From assembly GCA_000934665.2 (NCBI GenBank), contig KZ537990.1:1-64000 (forward strand): DNA of 64,000 nt. The letters run 5' to 3'. Positions 24,339 through 37,661 of the stretch are shown one piece after another. The first letter of the stretch is position 1; the number at the start of each line of letters is the position of its first letter. Position numbers and translations under genes: made by a program. The notes beneath the pieces are model-generated. The model searched no databases. It saw only the letters and a list, made by a program, of their open reading frames with translations, and was not told the origin of the DNA. This DNA is from Catajapyx aquilonaris (Eukaryota).

Positions 24339-26348
24339 GCTCAACGTCAGTTGTTTTCCCCAAAGCGTAGCGTTGGAAATAAGTGCATTACACCCTCTGT
24401 TCCAAATAGTTGATAATGTCAACCATGCATGCTGCGCGAAGTGTGATGCGCACTCGGTTGCGTTCGTAAAAAAAAATCCTTTTTGTTCTCCACACTGTTG
24501 TAGTAACTAGAGTGAAACCTAATGTTCGTTTCTCTCCATTTCTGCATCCATATAACATGCAGCTTCATAAAAAATTCCTCCGGCGAGAGATTTCCAGCAG
24601 TATGTCTAATTAAAGAACAGAATGAAACTACACGTATCCGCATTGCAACCGTCCGCATTATAGCCACGCCTCACCAAAACCATGCAGCAGCAGTGGGCCA
24701 AAAAAGAACATAGGTACCCCCAAAAAAAATCTGTTCAAAAGCATAAAATTTTACAACCTGAGCGTTATAGCGTTTGGGTCCAACACTTTGACAGGTTAAG
24801 TGCTCGTTTGGTGTATTCTGGAGGTACAAAAATATAATGGAATTGGTTGTAAAGGGTTGGGTTTTAAGGTTGAGCATTAAACTGCAGGGGAAAAAGCACT
24901 AACTGTTAATTGTGCAGGGTTTTGTGGATGGAACAAACCTTCGGAGAGTAGTCGAGCTTCGTCAAGCTCATGGTTTACTCGTAAAAGTGCGACAGGAGTG
25001 AAAAAGATAAGCACGAAACAAACAACTACACCAACAATACATGAAGGTAATTTAAACATGGCAAAACCTGCAAAAAAATATTAGCTCTGAAAGTTCTCAC
25101 ATTAAAAACTGGAATGTTGCATTTTTTACATGAATTCAAAATATTTTGGCATATTTTGGACTCACTTTTAAGCTCAATTGCAGTGATTTATAAATTGGAA
25201 TTCGTGAATAATTTTCCGCTTGATTTTGAGTGAAATCATGCATAAATCGTGCTTATTTTTTCACTCAATTTCGTCTGAAAATAATTCAAGCTGAGTTACA
25301 AAATTTGGAATGAAATTTTTAACTCAACATGTTTTAGAGTGCAAGTTACTGCAGAGATTCATTATCCCAGGCCAAACTTTAAGAAAATGCTATCCCCCCC
25401 CCCCCTCCAAAAAAAAAATTAAAACATGAGCGCAAGCTTCATCAGGAATAGGCCCAACTTATCTCCGCCCACTACTCATTAGGACTCTGTTCCGACTCTC
25501 ATTATTCTAATTAGCAACAGAGTTCTGTAAATGTCACTTTAGCGCCGAGTTTGCCTGGGACGAGATGCTATTAGTTATAAACCAATTAATGCGCTAAATG
25601 CAGCGGAGACTCGCTTGATTATTACGCGGGGCAATAAAGAGGGCAATAATAATATTTATTGTCGCCCAGGTCAATCGGTTAAAATTTTCACACCCTTGCA
25701 TGCACATATATCATGATACGGGGGGGGGGGGGGGNTCATGCTCTAAATTTCGAGCAAAAAAAAAAAAGCTGGTTTATGTCTTCCTGCAGTTTCATAACTT
25801 CAAGCAATCCTTCGCCATAAAGCCTCACCATTCCATCCTCCATTGTCGAGATAAGCCTAGTTGTGAAAATGTAATTCGGGGTTTCAAATTCTGGAGCGGA
25901 CAATCCGGATTTTTTTTTTTGAGACAGTATATCTCTTTTCCGGGTCGAGTCATTCAAGCGCTTTGAAATTGGCAACTGCCAAGTACCCCCCCTCGGTCCA
26001 GAGAGCCCAGGTTTGAATATACAGGGTCATAAACTTTATCTCGTCAGGCTATGTCCCCGTGTCAGCCTGAATAATTGCGCAGAGTGATACCGTTTAGTGC
26101 AGAGAGCGAGACGAATAATACGGTGTGCTACTGTTACATAGATAGCGTTATTGTAGAGCAAGGTGTTATAGAGCTGTCTGTTAGACCCCTGCTACATAGT
26201 GCTTCTGATATTCAGAACGAGAGTGAAAAGACTTGGCAACACTGCCCTGTGGACTGTATGGACGTAGTACCGTATGCCTCATATAGCATACTATACTGAT
26301 GACTCACCGCGGACAAACCCAATCCAATTCTAAAGTATTAATCAGTTT

Positions 26349-26386
26349 TTAATTACTTGAAATTCCGTATAATTTCAAGTAATTAA
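26349..26386. repeat. Perfect 16-bp inverted repeat with a 6-nt loop
   Basis: TTAATTACTTGAAATT-ccgtat-AATTTCAAGTAATTAA. Confidence 0.85.
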
Positions 26387-28154
26387 TTAAAGCCTTCATT
26401 ACCATTTACTACTTCAATAACTAACGACAGCCTTTCCCCTTTTACTTTGTCATAAACCGACTTTTTCTAAAGCGAAAAAGCTTCTTACAGCTTGCGTTGA
26501 AGAGACAGAGAAATTGCCTGGAGGAAATTTAATAAAAGACTGCATATCGTGGACTTATTATAGCATCCAAGATGAAGAGAAAGAATATTGCTATATTTTT
26601 GAAGCGACAATTTGATTTCTCTAAGTTTTTTTTTTTCTTCTTCTCACTCCTCGCTTCCACAGAAAGAGGAAATGCCATGGCAGAACTGCAATTTCTTGTG
26701 ACCTTTTTTGTGTCAGGTTCGTCTTTGTCAAGTAGTGTGACACTTCATTTTCAGTCGAAATTGAATGGGCCATGATTGCATTCTTGAGGCTCAGACAGAA
26801 TTTTGATAATAATTTATACCATGTCCCTTGCAACAACAACAACTGACTCGTAAATTGCATCCCAGATAATATGCCATTTCCATCAAGTTTAAGCCACTGA
26901 TTACTCTCCCAGAACAATCTCAAACTTTGGACCATTAATGCTTCGGAAATGAATATAGACAAGATGAAATAGCTTGTTTCCGTGGATTGCAAGATTTCGC
27001 TTCGGGCAGAAACTTGAGGCCAGCAGTGTAATTTCGCCATATTTCACACAGCACTCCTGCCTTGTTCACAGTTAATTGGTGTTGCCTTTCTCGCCTGTCA
27101 AACACTCAAGCTCAAGCATAAGTTTGTAAAATTATTTATTACCAAGTAGCAACAATTAAGAAAACTCTATATAAGGAGCAGATTTTGCATGGAGCAAAAC
27201 ATAGTTCTAAAAAAAAGTATCACCCTACATAACCGAGTTACTACAAAACCACAGTTAGATCAAGATGTGAAATAGCGTTGGAAACAAATTCGTTTTTACC
27301 TCCTTTTCCTTTGTTTTTTTTTCTCTCTCTCCCACTTTTTCAAAGTCTCCCGAGTGTGTCCCAGCTTTTGTTGGGAATTGGGTTTCAGTTCGTTTCTGGC
27401 AAAGTGGTCAAGGAAAATGGCGGTCCGCTTTCCCTCGGACCTTTCCCGCCATTAAGCTGTCGATGGAGATTGTGAGAGAAATTGGACCTTTCCGTCCAAC
27501 CCACTAGCTATACAGTATATAAAAATTCTTTGAAGGGATGTACTGTCTCACATATAACCCTTGCAGTACATGTGTATATGCAAGGAACAGTGTGTGAGTG
27601 AGGCATCGACTAGGCGGTCATAAATTTTCATTAACATTTAATTAGCAATTTGGCAAGAATATGAAGCGTCGTAAATCGCAAACTTGCACTGATTATGAAT
27701 GGGCATCGTGAGACTCGCAGGGTTTCTGGTCGTAATTAGGCTCTGAGGAGTCTGCACCGAGGTTTCCATAAGTTTTGCGTTGCACACTGCATGCTCTGCT
27801 GATACTATTATTTTCCTCTATACTCTATAGTCTATAGGGATAACCGAGGTTCAAATAGACAATAATATTATCATCTACAGATATGGTATGTTGCATCTGC
27901 AGAATTGGTTTTAAAAATATTATGTGTATTTCATGCCCAACAGACACATTTGCTAGTAATTCATATATAACGTATGTGATTTAAATGCAAAAGCACATGA
28001 AGCAGTTGTAAGTCCCCCGAAGTACAGTTATGGAAATGCAGTTAGAATAATATTATTCTTCCCCTGTATAATATAACATTCCGCACACAGCGCATAATGC
28101 GCTTTACAAAAATATGGAGCACAGTTTGTTAGAGGATTGGAGTCAACCACGTCT

Positions 28155-28337
28155 GGAAATATCAAGGATTTCTGACAGTCTACTGGGTTACTTTAAGGAC
28201 TTGGGCTATAACGAGAAATCATTAGCGAAGGTGGCAGAAACGCTTGCAGAAATGATAATGGGGGTGTAGAATTTGAGAGGAATGAAAATGGAAGTCTTGG
28301 GCACAATTTGGAATCTAGCCCTCATTAGGATCGATTC
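28155..28337 (+). promoter_or_regulatory. Recurrent non-coding module C, copy 2
   Basis: AATCATTAGCGAAGGTGGCAGA identical to copy 1; downstream CTCATTAGGATC also shared. Confidence 0.75.
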
Positions 28338-28879
28338 TCTCTTTTTTTTTTTCTCCGGACATTTTATTAGAAAGCTTCAGGAAGAATTTCTCCTCTTCTC
28401 TTCTCTTATCCCCTTTTCCACCACACACCCCGAAAGTTAACCCTCTTCTTCCTGGTGGAAGGGACCTCTTCTTCCCCATTATAAAGATGAGTCAGCGAAA
28501 ATCGCAGGCAAAATTGCTCCCATTTTGATATCGCTCACACCCCTCGAAATTGCTCCGTTCGTTAGCAAATTGTAGCCTCGTAGGCGATAAGCCCTTGCTA
28601 ACTGCGGATCCAAAATTAGTGTTCAGAAACTTCTGGCCCATGTCATTGTCTTACACACGAAAATTTTGAGGCCAAAAAAAAATTCTTTTCTCTTCTCTCA
28701 AAATGGGGGGTACTGAAAACAAGATGGAGCGAACTTTCCAAAGTCTGTGACATACAGTGCTTCTCTTGGGGGGGAAGTCACGAAGCACAAGTCAAGCTCA
28801 AACTCATGCAAAGCCGCGCAATTTACCAGCCAGAGACGGAGGCGCGGTCTAGGCCCCCATAGTTTGTCAGGGACCAAAA

Positions 28880-29017
28880 GGTGAATAATGCCTGCTCGGC
28901 TCCTTTTCGGGTGTGGGGGCCAATCCAATTGGTGCCTTCCGCTGACTTCGGGCCGTCTTCCAAGCCTCCAAACATTAATTCACATTCGGAGAAGGGATGG
29001 AAATCATTAAGGGCCAC
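28880..29017 (+). promoter_or_regulatory. Recurrent non-coding module E, copy 1
   Basis: GGTGAATAATGCCTGC, GCTCCTTTT, GGCCAATCCAAT, GCTGACTTsGGGCCGT, AATTCACATTCGGA and GGAAATCATTA shared in order with 58031-58152. Confidence 0.8.
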
Positions 29018-30208
29018 ACCCGTAACCACCAGCAGGGGGGAAACTCTTGGGGCTGTTCTCATCTGCAGGCCACACTTTCTGGTTGCGAGGAAATTAAAGA
29101 GCGGAGGATTTAACACTAGGGAATTCAATTTAGAGGCAGGTAATAACGATTATTCGTACAACCAGAAATTCATGATGCTGCGGTCAAATGTGGCAACAAT
29201 TCCTATCAAAATCAGCAGCCTACAATGATCTATTCTACAGTTTAAATTTGCATAACGCTTTTAAGCTGCTAGTAGGACTCCTCAGCTTTTCCCTCCAGGC
29301 TCTGAAAATTACGTGTCAAATTATGAGCTCATTACAGGGCGGGGGAAATCAGAGCCTTTTCCCCTCCTACCCTTAAACGCTAGTTTTGAGAGGCCATTGC
29401 ATTTTTTAATACTAGTACATTAATGTCACTAACACGCGGCGTGCTAATCCATAAACATCAAGCAGTTTTTGTTTTTTTTGCAATTTTTGTATTCGCCTAG
29501 CTGGAGCGGATAAAACAAAACTCTGGTTTGGGCACACTAGCCTGCTGAGTAGCTCACATAAACATGGCTTGAACAGGAGCATTATTCGGTTATTGAGAGG
29601 CTTCTCTTGGGTAGTATATTAAACACGAACTCTGCTGCTCCAAAGCAAACGTTGGCCTCTATAGTGATACTCGTATATTGTAATAACAATGAACGTGCAA
29701 AATGCCATGTTTGTATCTCTCAAAGATGCACAAGCTTCTGATGCATTTGTCAGTACCACAATCGCTTACAATGCTTACATTACTCGTCACTTGTTATGAT
29801 ATAATTATGGCCCGGATTGCCCTTTCATAAATGAGTCACGTTACTGCACAGCTAACGAGAATGTGTCGTAATCAATGCGGGAGTATAACCTTGCAATACC
29901 AAAAGTGCGATTAATCAATCCGCTAAATCCAACCATGTCAATCAGGATGATCACATTGCTCCAATGCAATGTTTGAGGGTGGAGGATTACCCCTGAATAA
30001 AGTGACAAGCCAGTGTTTTTAATCGCACTCGCAGTAATTGGCAAAAAAAAATCTCTCAGGTTAATGAAGTGCAGTTTGATTAAAAACTTTGCCCAAAAAA
30101 AATTCTTGCAGCCAGATGACGACGGCCTAGAGATTTCACTTCAAAATGTAGATTGTAGAAGGAGGGGGTAAAAAGAGTCGAAGTTTGTGTATAGCGCAAG
30201 GCAGCTGC

Positions 30209-30384
30209 GCGATAAGACTTTCCCTTGGCATGCAATTAGACCAGCTTCAATCGACAGGAAGGCCTCAGAGAACCGCCAAAAGCATAATTACCGAACCCAT
30301 CTTCTTTCACGTCGCCGGAAGGGCTCGGCAGGAAACTTCATCAATCTTGTAAAGGTTAATTCATTTCTCAGGCATAATCGAAGG
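30209..30384 (+). promoter_or_regulatory. Recurrent non-coding module D, copy 1
   Basis: Identical 31-nt block CTTCATCAATCTTGTAAAGGTTAATTCATTT (30336-30366 = 58470-58500) and 25-nt GAACCGCCAAAAGCATAATTACCGA, with 1-nt indels between blocks. Confidence 0.85.
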
Positions 30385-33300
30385 CCCTTCCTTCAGCTTC
30401 CAGGCGTAATAATGTCATTGCCTTAACCCTGCATGGGAGAGTTTGTCTCACAACTGTTTATCGGAGATATCTCCATCTTTGCATAGGAGTATTTAAAGGA
30501 AAATAGTGTCACGCTAAAATAACCAATAGACACTATTCATAGCACGCACACAATGTAAAGGAAGCCACAGCAAATAGTCAAGAGTTTTTTTAACAGGTAA
30601 GTTTCATATTATATTGTAGAGTTAAGAAATGTCAGCACGATGAGAAAATATCAACGTATATATCTAGGTGATTTATATTATTATTCTCTAGTGTCTATAG
30701 GCAATGAAATCGCTGCGAGAGAAAATAAAATCACGACTTCTGGATGCGGTTTTTTTCATGTGAGGTAGAAAATTACCTCTCCTCAAAGCTGACTAGTCAT
30801 TCGTGTAACTGGTTTTTAATGCTCAAGTGAACAGTAGCAGTGTAGTCCAATTTTTTATGCTTCAGTGGGTCATGTTTCATTCAGGGAAGAGTTAGAAATG
30901 GCAATAACTTACGCTTCTGTAGAGAAAGCACTCAGCAGAAAGTCTGAAAACATATATCATGCTGTATTATATAATATGGCGACATTTTTTTTAAACTAAT
31001 GCAAATACCAGATGTAATATTGTGTGTATTGTATAAACTAATACGTAAAATTTTTTAAAGTAACTGCAATGTTTATGGTTATAGGCAATTGAAATATGAA
31101 AACCTTAAATGCAGAAAGTTGGCACATTTACAAGCTCGGAAAAGTAACTGATATGTTTCTATTACGTAAGTTATGGCAGATGGTCTTCTCTCATGCAGTG
31201 CATGCCCAGGTTTCATTCGTCTGGAGGAAAAATAAATGACATCGTGTGTTGGAAAGTGGCACCTGGAGAGAACAGAAAGGAAGAGAGAGAAAAAAAGAGA
31301 GAAACTGGGTAGCCCCAAGGTATAGAGATTGAAACTTTTCTCACGCCCTCACATCGCTTCTTACTTTTTGATCATAACTCGTGGGTAAAGTTTGACAGGA
31401 AAGGATATGAATCGCGGCAAAAATGTTCGTGACCTGCCCAGATATCAGGTGGCCACAGATAGCAACAGAAAATCAATCTGATTTAAAAAATATATACGCG
31501 TATATCATCTAGCAGGTTTGTAATGTCAGCCCAAACCGAACCACATTATTATTTTTTATTTTGCTCCCCCAAAAAATAGCAACCCGACCGAGTCCAGAGT
31601 CGGATGATATTACGCCAGTGCAATTTGACTTCTGCCCAAACGGGCTCGACACAAAAGAACCAAAATTACTAACGTAGCCCCTGGAAAGGCCATTGTTCAA
31701 AGTGCCAGGTGAGCCCCGAGGTTGGCTGCGCCACTTAGACCCGATTGTCTGCTAGACAAGGTGCGGTGAAGCCCTTTACCTTGATAGAGTGAAATGGGAA
31801 ACCGGACTCGAACAGAGAGAGAGGATCTTCCTTTTGTGTTTGGTGGAGTCTACCGGAACAGTGAGGTCGATGGAATTGGAGTCTAGGCGGCGGCTCCACC
31901 GGAATAGTAATGGCAAGATTTAGGCAGCAGTTCAGCTCATTTTCTTCCTCCATCCTTCCATTCTACTTCCTACCATTCAGAGGCCTCGAGCGAACGATAT
32001 TTTTTTTTGAAGTCACCTTTAAATGTCGCGTGCGGTCGCCTTAACTCTCACGATATACAGTGGTTTACTGCAGTACTGTACAACCTCAACCACTTGTAGC
32101 TAAAGAGTGTTTTTATAAATAATTTTTACATATGATACACTGTACAGTTTATTCCAAGGAGAATGTAACACCTGCAGTACAAGTAAACTGGCGGTCAGTG
32201 TTTATTCAACATATTCCAGAGAGACTTAAAGTTATTTTGCTGTACAAAAGGGATTACAATGTAATCAAATAAAATACAGTGAATATAAATTATTAGCCTG
32301 TAGACTATGAATAACATCCTCTTATCTACAAATATTATAATTTTAAAAGGCTCAAACCGAAACTAATCAAAATTTTTGCTTTTGATGACCAGCCCTTCCT
32401 CATTTTATAGGAAGCGCGGGAGCCTTTTTATGAAGAGATGTCATTCATTACTGCCATTGAAAAAAGCTTTTATTGTTATGTAACGACCTTCCATCTTTCA
32501 TCTTCTTTTGAAGGATTTTCACTTTATTCTTTGAGAAGAGTGATCAAAGAATCAATTTGATGTCTCATCCATTCTATATCAATTTTGCCTGGAACGTTCT
32601 GAGAAGCTCCTGTCAAAAAGTGTATTACATGACATGAGACATTTTAAAGCCAGTTTTCTTAATTTCATGTAAAAATATTAATAACCTTAATATGGACATC
32701 AATAAAGTTGACGCCCTAAGCCACTTGTGGTGGTTATTAATAATTATTGAAAGCTGAACCTGACATTTTCCAATTATCAATTACTGTACTATTTGCCGTG
32801 AGGATATTACATATTTCCACATCTTATTCTGCCTTAAAGTGAATGCAATCTCGGGAGGAGTGTCCTGAATAAATTATTCAAATTATTGCGCATGATGCAG
32901 TATGGCTTAGAAACGATTGTGGCAAGCCCAGTGCTCGCTTCGGCATACGTGTAGGGAAAACAGAACTTTACAGTTATTAATTTATTAATGCGCAACCGGA
33001 AAACGCCGATCTCTTAAGCGTACGATGTACAGTAAGCACTCTGCAAGTTTATGTCTCCCTTCGGATTTTACAGTATTAATATAAAAGCCAAGAAAATTAT
33101 TCAGCACACCAATCATAAGCTTATTCTGACTGTACTGTACAGTACAGTACTTAACAGAACAACATGCCAGATGTTGTGTTGCTGCAGAGAGATTACGCGA
33201 ATATCTGAATGAAAATGAAAAGTGTTTCATCCTGACTTCCCCGCTGCCCCTTCACACAGACCAGGCATGAGTGTTGCCCTGGAGAGTCAGGATAACAAAG

Positions 33301-35711
33301 CCTGAGTTTAAAGGCCAACCTTAGTGGCTATACAGTACTGTACACACACATGCTTTTGGTCTAATTTCGCTCAGAATTAAAAAAAAAAACACTTATAGAT
33401 ATGCATGGATCTGCATAAAAGTGATTATGTAATGAATGTAAACAGGCTGATATTTGATCATGTTTGATTCATCACTTAGATCTGTTAACAGTACTGTATA
33501 CAACACACGCGTATAATACACCCAAACGTGCACACAGAAACGTTTCATCCAACATGACCGCCTGTAATAAGACAAATGTCATTCAGATTCAACAAAATCG
33601 AACGTCTACCCAAGTTATTGGCAAGTTTAAGTGAATCGGAAATCGAAATGCATTATTCTAAAGAAAACTAATGTGACTGAAGGTGAGCGAGAGGAAGAGG
33701 AAAAATAGTGCCATCCGATGCGAAATGTGACAAGTTCAGGCGGAAATGTCAGCTGCAGACTCCAATATACCTAGTAGAGATAATAAATTTCTCCAGTGAA
33801 ATATTCCACGCTTTATGTTAATAGAAATGTATATTTCAGAGCATTTATCAGTATATCAGAGCAAATAGAGAGTGTGGCGCACTGTGCATCAATCTGACGT
33901 GCTTTACTTATATACGCTTCTCTTGCTTTTTAAATAAAACATTGTTGCAACTCGAAGCCTTTGCCTCAGGTCCTGGCAGTGTCGACTCTGCGGTCAGGTA
34001 ACAGGAGATGTGCTTAAGTAAAACAAAGCCAAGATCCACAAGAGTAAATCAGTGGGCTCTACCACAAGGCAAACGTGCCTAACCAAGATTTAAGCCCTAA
34101 AACATTATCACCAAACTGGAAAATTCGCTTTACTATATATAACAAATTCCACCATTATTTTGACGTCAGCGGTTAACTAGAATTCCAGCTTCTCATCAAC
34201 TTACACCCCGCTTAATGTTTGCTAAACCCCGAAGGATTATGAACCAGACGGAGGGGAAAACACGAAAACAAGAATATGCCTCGGGTTTCTCATCCACACT
34301 TTGAACAGCTCTAATTTAGAGCATGTTTTCATCACTTAGGTATACACGAGAGGGGTGTGCAACACGCCAAGTGGATACAGCTAATTAGGTCATCCAATCA
34401 AGAGAAATTCCCAGCATTCTGTGCACGACCCCCCTGTAAAACGCCAAGGCACAGTAAATATAAACACACCTCGTATAATTATACATCCTGAGAGCCATTT
34501 CAAGCATGTGACTCTGAATCGTAAATTACATCCGATAACAAGCTGTAAATATTACATTTTCTCAAAAGTCACGTCTTTTCCTCAGGCGTCGTCAGAGAAA
34601 TATTTTTTTTTTCGACGTGACGCTGAGTATGGACCGACCATTCTGAATGTAAATGCAACTGTCTGAAAATGCAGGCTGGGGGGGATTTAATATTAATGAA
34701 TTCTTTGTTGCTTTTCGCAGGGCGTTCGGACAGGTACGAAAGTATGACAAGAATGTATGAAGAGCTGCCTTTGTCAGGATAGAAGAGACGTGAATGCATT
34801 ATTCATGACGCAGTGTGGCATACGCTTGATTAATCCGATTCAGGGCAAGAGGTATTCGGACTCCCCCCAAAAAATTGAGTTTCAGATTGCAATACCGAGG
34901 TACCTGCCAGTTGTCGCATTACGCAATTTGGAAACAGAATTTAGTCGATTTTACCGTAATTTTGCGGCGGGTTAACATTATTTATAGACAGTCAAAGGTC
35001 GCAAATTGAGTTCTTCTGATGATAAATAGTAATACAAGCCAATTACATTATTACATAAAAATTGCAGTAATAAAACAAATTCGTCGACAAGCGAATGGCC
35101 CAAGTTTGTACTAGCAAGCAGAAATTAGCATCATACTAATTAGTGTAACATGTTGGATGATAAATTTACGGTCCTATAACTTTTAATATGCGACACTAAT
35201 CTCATCTATGATTATAGTATGTTAATAAGGCAAAAAAATAATCCTCATAAGCAATTTTAATCCCTAGTTAATTAGGTGTACATAGCCCTCGAAATGTGCT
35301 TCAAAAAAACGCTGCGTAAGCTTCAGATAAAAATTCATTCTCAGCATTATTATTGACTGTACTTGTTGCAGAGTCACTCTTCATAATGTTCATGTCCTTG
35401 AAAATAATTGACATTAAAACGTCACAAATTGCTCCTGCATGAAACAGTGCTCTATAAGAGAAACGGAATAATCAAATTGAAGCTTAATGACAGACCCTTC
35501 CCTTTCCCCCAGCAGATTCCTCCTGTTTCAATAAAAGCTCGCAAATTCCGAATGCAAAACTTCTCGCCAGTTTGCAAGTCAAATTTAGGAAACTTATCTG
35601 ACGAAAGGAGAGTAATTATTCTAAATCACCCCCGCGCCGTGTTGTCATTTGCCTTTGCATAAATACCATTGTCCTTGGGTTGGTGCCTATCCGAGTCGTC
35701 ATTACCCGTCT

Positions 35712-35868
35712 TGAAAGTGTCAAGGCATCCTCCCAGAATAATATAGAAGAAGAAGAAGATGGTGGTGGAGGATGGGCATAACTTATGGACTTTCTCTAAC
35801 GCCAAGCCATTAGCGAGAGCTGGCAGGAAGTCTTGCAGAAATGATTATGAAGACGCGCAATTTAAGAG
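35712..35868 (+). promoter_or_regulatory. Recurrent non-coding module C, copy 3 (diverged)
   Basis: TAACG..CATTAGCGA..TGGCAG..CTTGCAGAAATGATTATG..AATTT in the same order as copies 1 and 2. Confidence 0.6.
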
Positions 35869-37539
35869 CGGAACTCAACTTCTCCACGGTGAGAATAATG
35901 CCATTATACGACAGAGAGAACGGTTGCTGTGCATCGCCACAGGATGTCGCAAAAAAAAACACTGAAAATATATCAATCACAAGTACACCTGTTGAATAAT
36001 TCGTAATAAATCCTCACTGTACACATTTTTTTAATGAACGTATTTCCTTTTTCTCGCAATTTTTAAGACCGGGTACAAAGCACGTCCTAGGGCTTGCAGA
36101 CGAAGGAAAATGAGGGTGAAATCCGGGAATTTGGGGAGGAATTATAAAACGGCTGGCGTGACCCGCTCCGGGGCGAAATTGTGTGGTGTGGACGGGGATT
36201 AAAACCTGGCCCGGCTTGTCGTCAGCATTTTCAAATTATTTCCGCCCGTTACTTGTTGGAAGAAGAAAAAGCTGCACCGTTCAACCAGCTCTTTCCGCTG
36301 ACAGTGAGAGAGAAAATAAAGTTCATTAAATTAATTTAAATAATAATAATAATAATAAAGTCGGTTTTCTTACTGATTCTAGAAAACATGTGATCTCATA
36401 ATAATATAACCTTATAATTTTTGTAAAATATTATATGATTCCGGTGTCATTGCAAATTACGCGTGTTGAATTGTGGATGATAAAACGTGCTTCTTGTACT
36501 GTAAATAAATGCGTAATGTGCTTCCCTGACTCGGTCCATTCGTTTATTGCCAGAGGCTGTTTTCCTGCTCGTCATGAATGTGACATTTGCATTTTGAACG
36601 AATTGACAGTCAAAGGGAGATCCGAGTTACTGACTACTGCTCTTTAAATAATTTTTGGCGCTACATAAAACAATAAATATATTAAACAATGATGGACATA
36701 CACGGAGCATGTTTTGTTAGTTTCCGAAGTTAGTTTCAAAATCACATATATTTTCATGTAAATGAGCTGGGCTTAGAAAATTATTTTTGCTGAAATGTAC
36801 AACGAATTGCGAAATATTTGCATAGACCCCATGCCATGCCAAATGCAAAATGCAATTATATTTACGCACTGACAAACATGGAATAAATTATTCATTTCGG
36901 TACTAAAAGGCCAAATATTTTTAGTATTTTATATCCATCTCTGATCAATACATCTATACTGTACTGTAACCAGAAAATTGAGAATAATTAGAGTAAAAGT
37001 TGTTACATGCAGAGGTATAAGCAACTTCACCAACAGCTATAAACTCCATTTCTGACCACACCTCCTGAGGCAAACGGCAGTTTAAACTTCTTGAGACCTG
37101 GCTTTGTCATTATTCATCTTCTGGTCAGAAGTTAACTGACTTTGAGCAAAGTTTGTGACGAGAAATTTGGCCCTTTCGCACAGCAAAGCCCTGAGAGAAA
37201 GTTAGATATATGCCAACTTTGGCAACTCTCTATACACATTTGATTTGAAATGCAGGACCCATTTCAGCCTCGTTGCAGAAACTGCTTGATGTCCAGCAAA
37301 ATGGTGATCTCTAAACGGGACATTAACTTAATCTGCGTAATTTTAAAATGTAACATCGCACATTGCGTGCCACATAAAAGCCAAAGCCATTTGTGCCCAG
37401 GCAATATTCATGGCGACGGAATGAGATACGTGTGAATGGCTGGCATGCTCTTAGATGTGATGTGAAATCGTGACCTGGGCCCCAGAGAAGAGGTCGTGTA
37501 AAGAAGCGGGAAAAAAAGGATGGGCAAATTCCCACTAGC

Positions 37540-37661
37540 ACTTTATAGACTTTATGGTACCGCTTCCCTTGCAATATTAGCCCTAGATCAGCAGAGTCTG
37601 CCCATGATCATTGCAATATGCCCTTCCCTCCAAACACTAATTGGACCATTTTGCATCCCAT
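37540..37661 (+). promoter_or_regulatory. Recurrent non-coding module B, diverged copy
   Basis: ACTTTATAG..CTTCCCTTGCAATATTAGCCCTA..CATTGCAATATGC..ACACTAATTGGACCATTTTGCATCCCA. Confidence 0.7.

Noticed and set aside
23954..24510. Several 60-124 aa ORFs that look alike on both strands
   Set aside because: Artefact of the palindromic MITE.
25097..25342. Possible CACT-ended (EnSpm-like) remnant ending TTTTAGAGTG
   Set aside because: The left terminus and TSD could not be defined convincingly.
25720..25735. Poly-G with an N (and poly-C with an N at 42832)
   Set aside because: Assembly uncertainty in homopolymers, not biology.
33720..33734. 15-mer GCGAAATGTGACAAG repeated at 60434, and AATTAGACCAGCTT at ~14385 and ~30234
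   Set aside because: Isolated 14-15 nt matches are expected by chance in a 64-kb self-comparison, and the flanks do not align.
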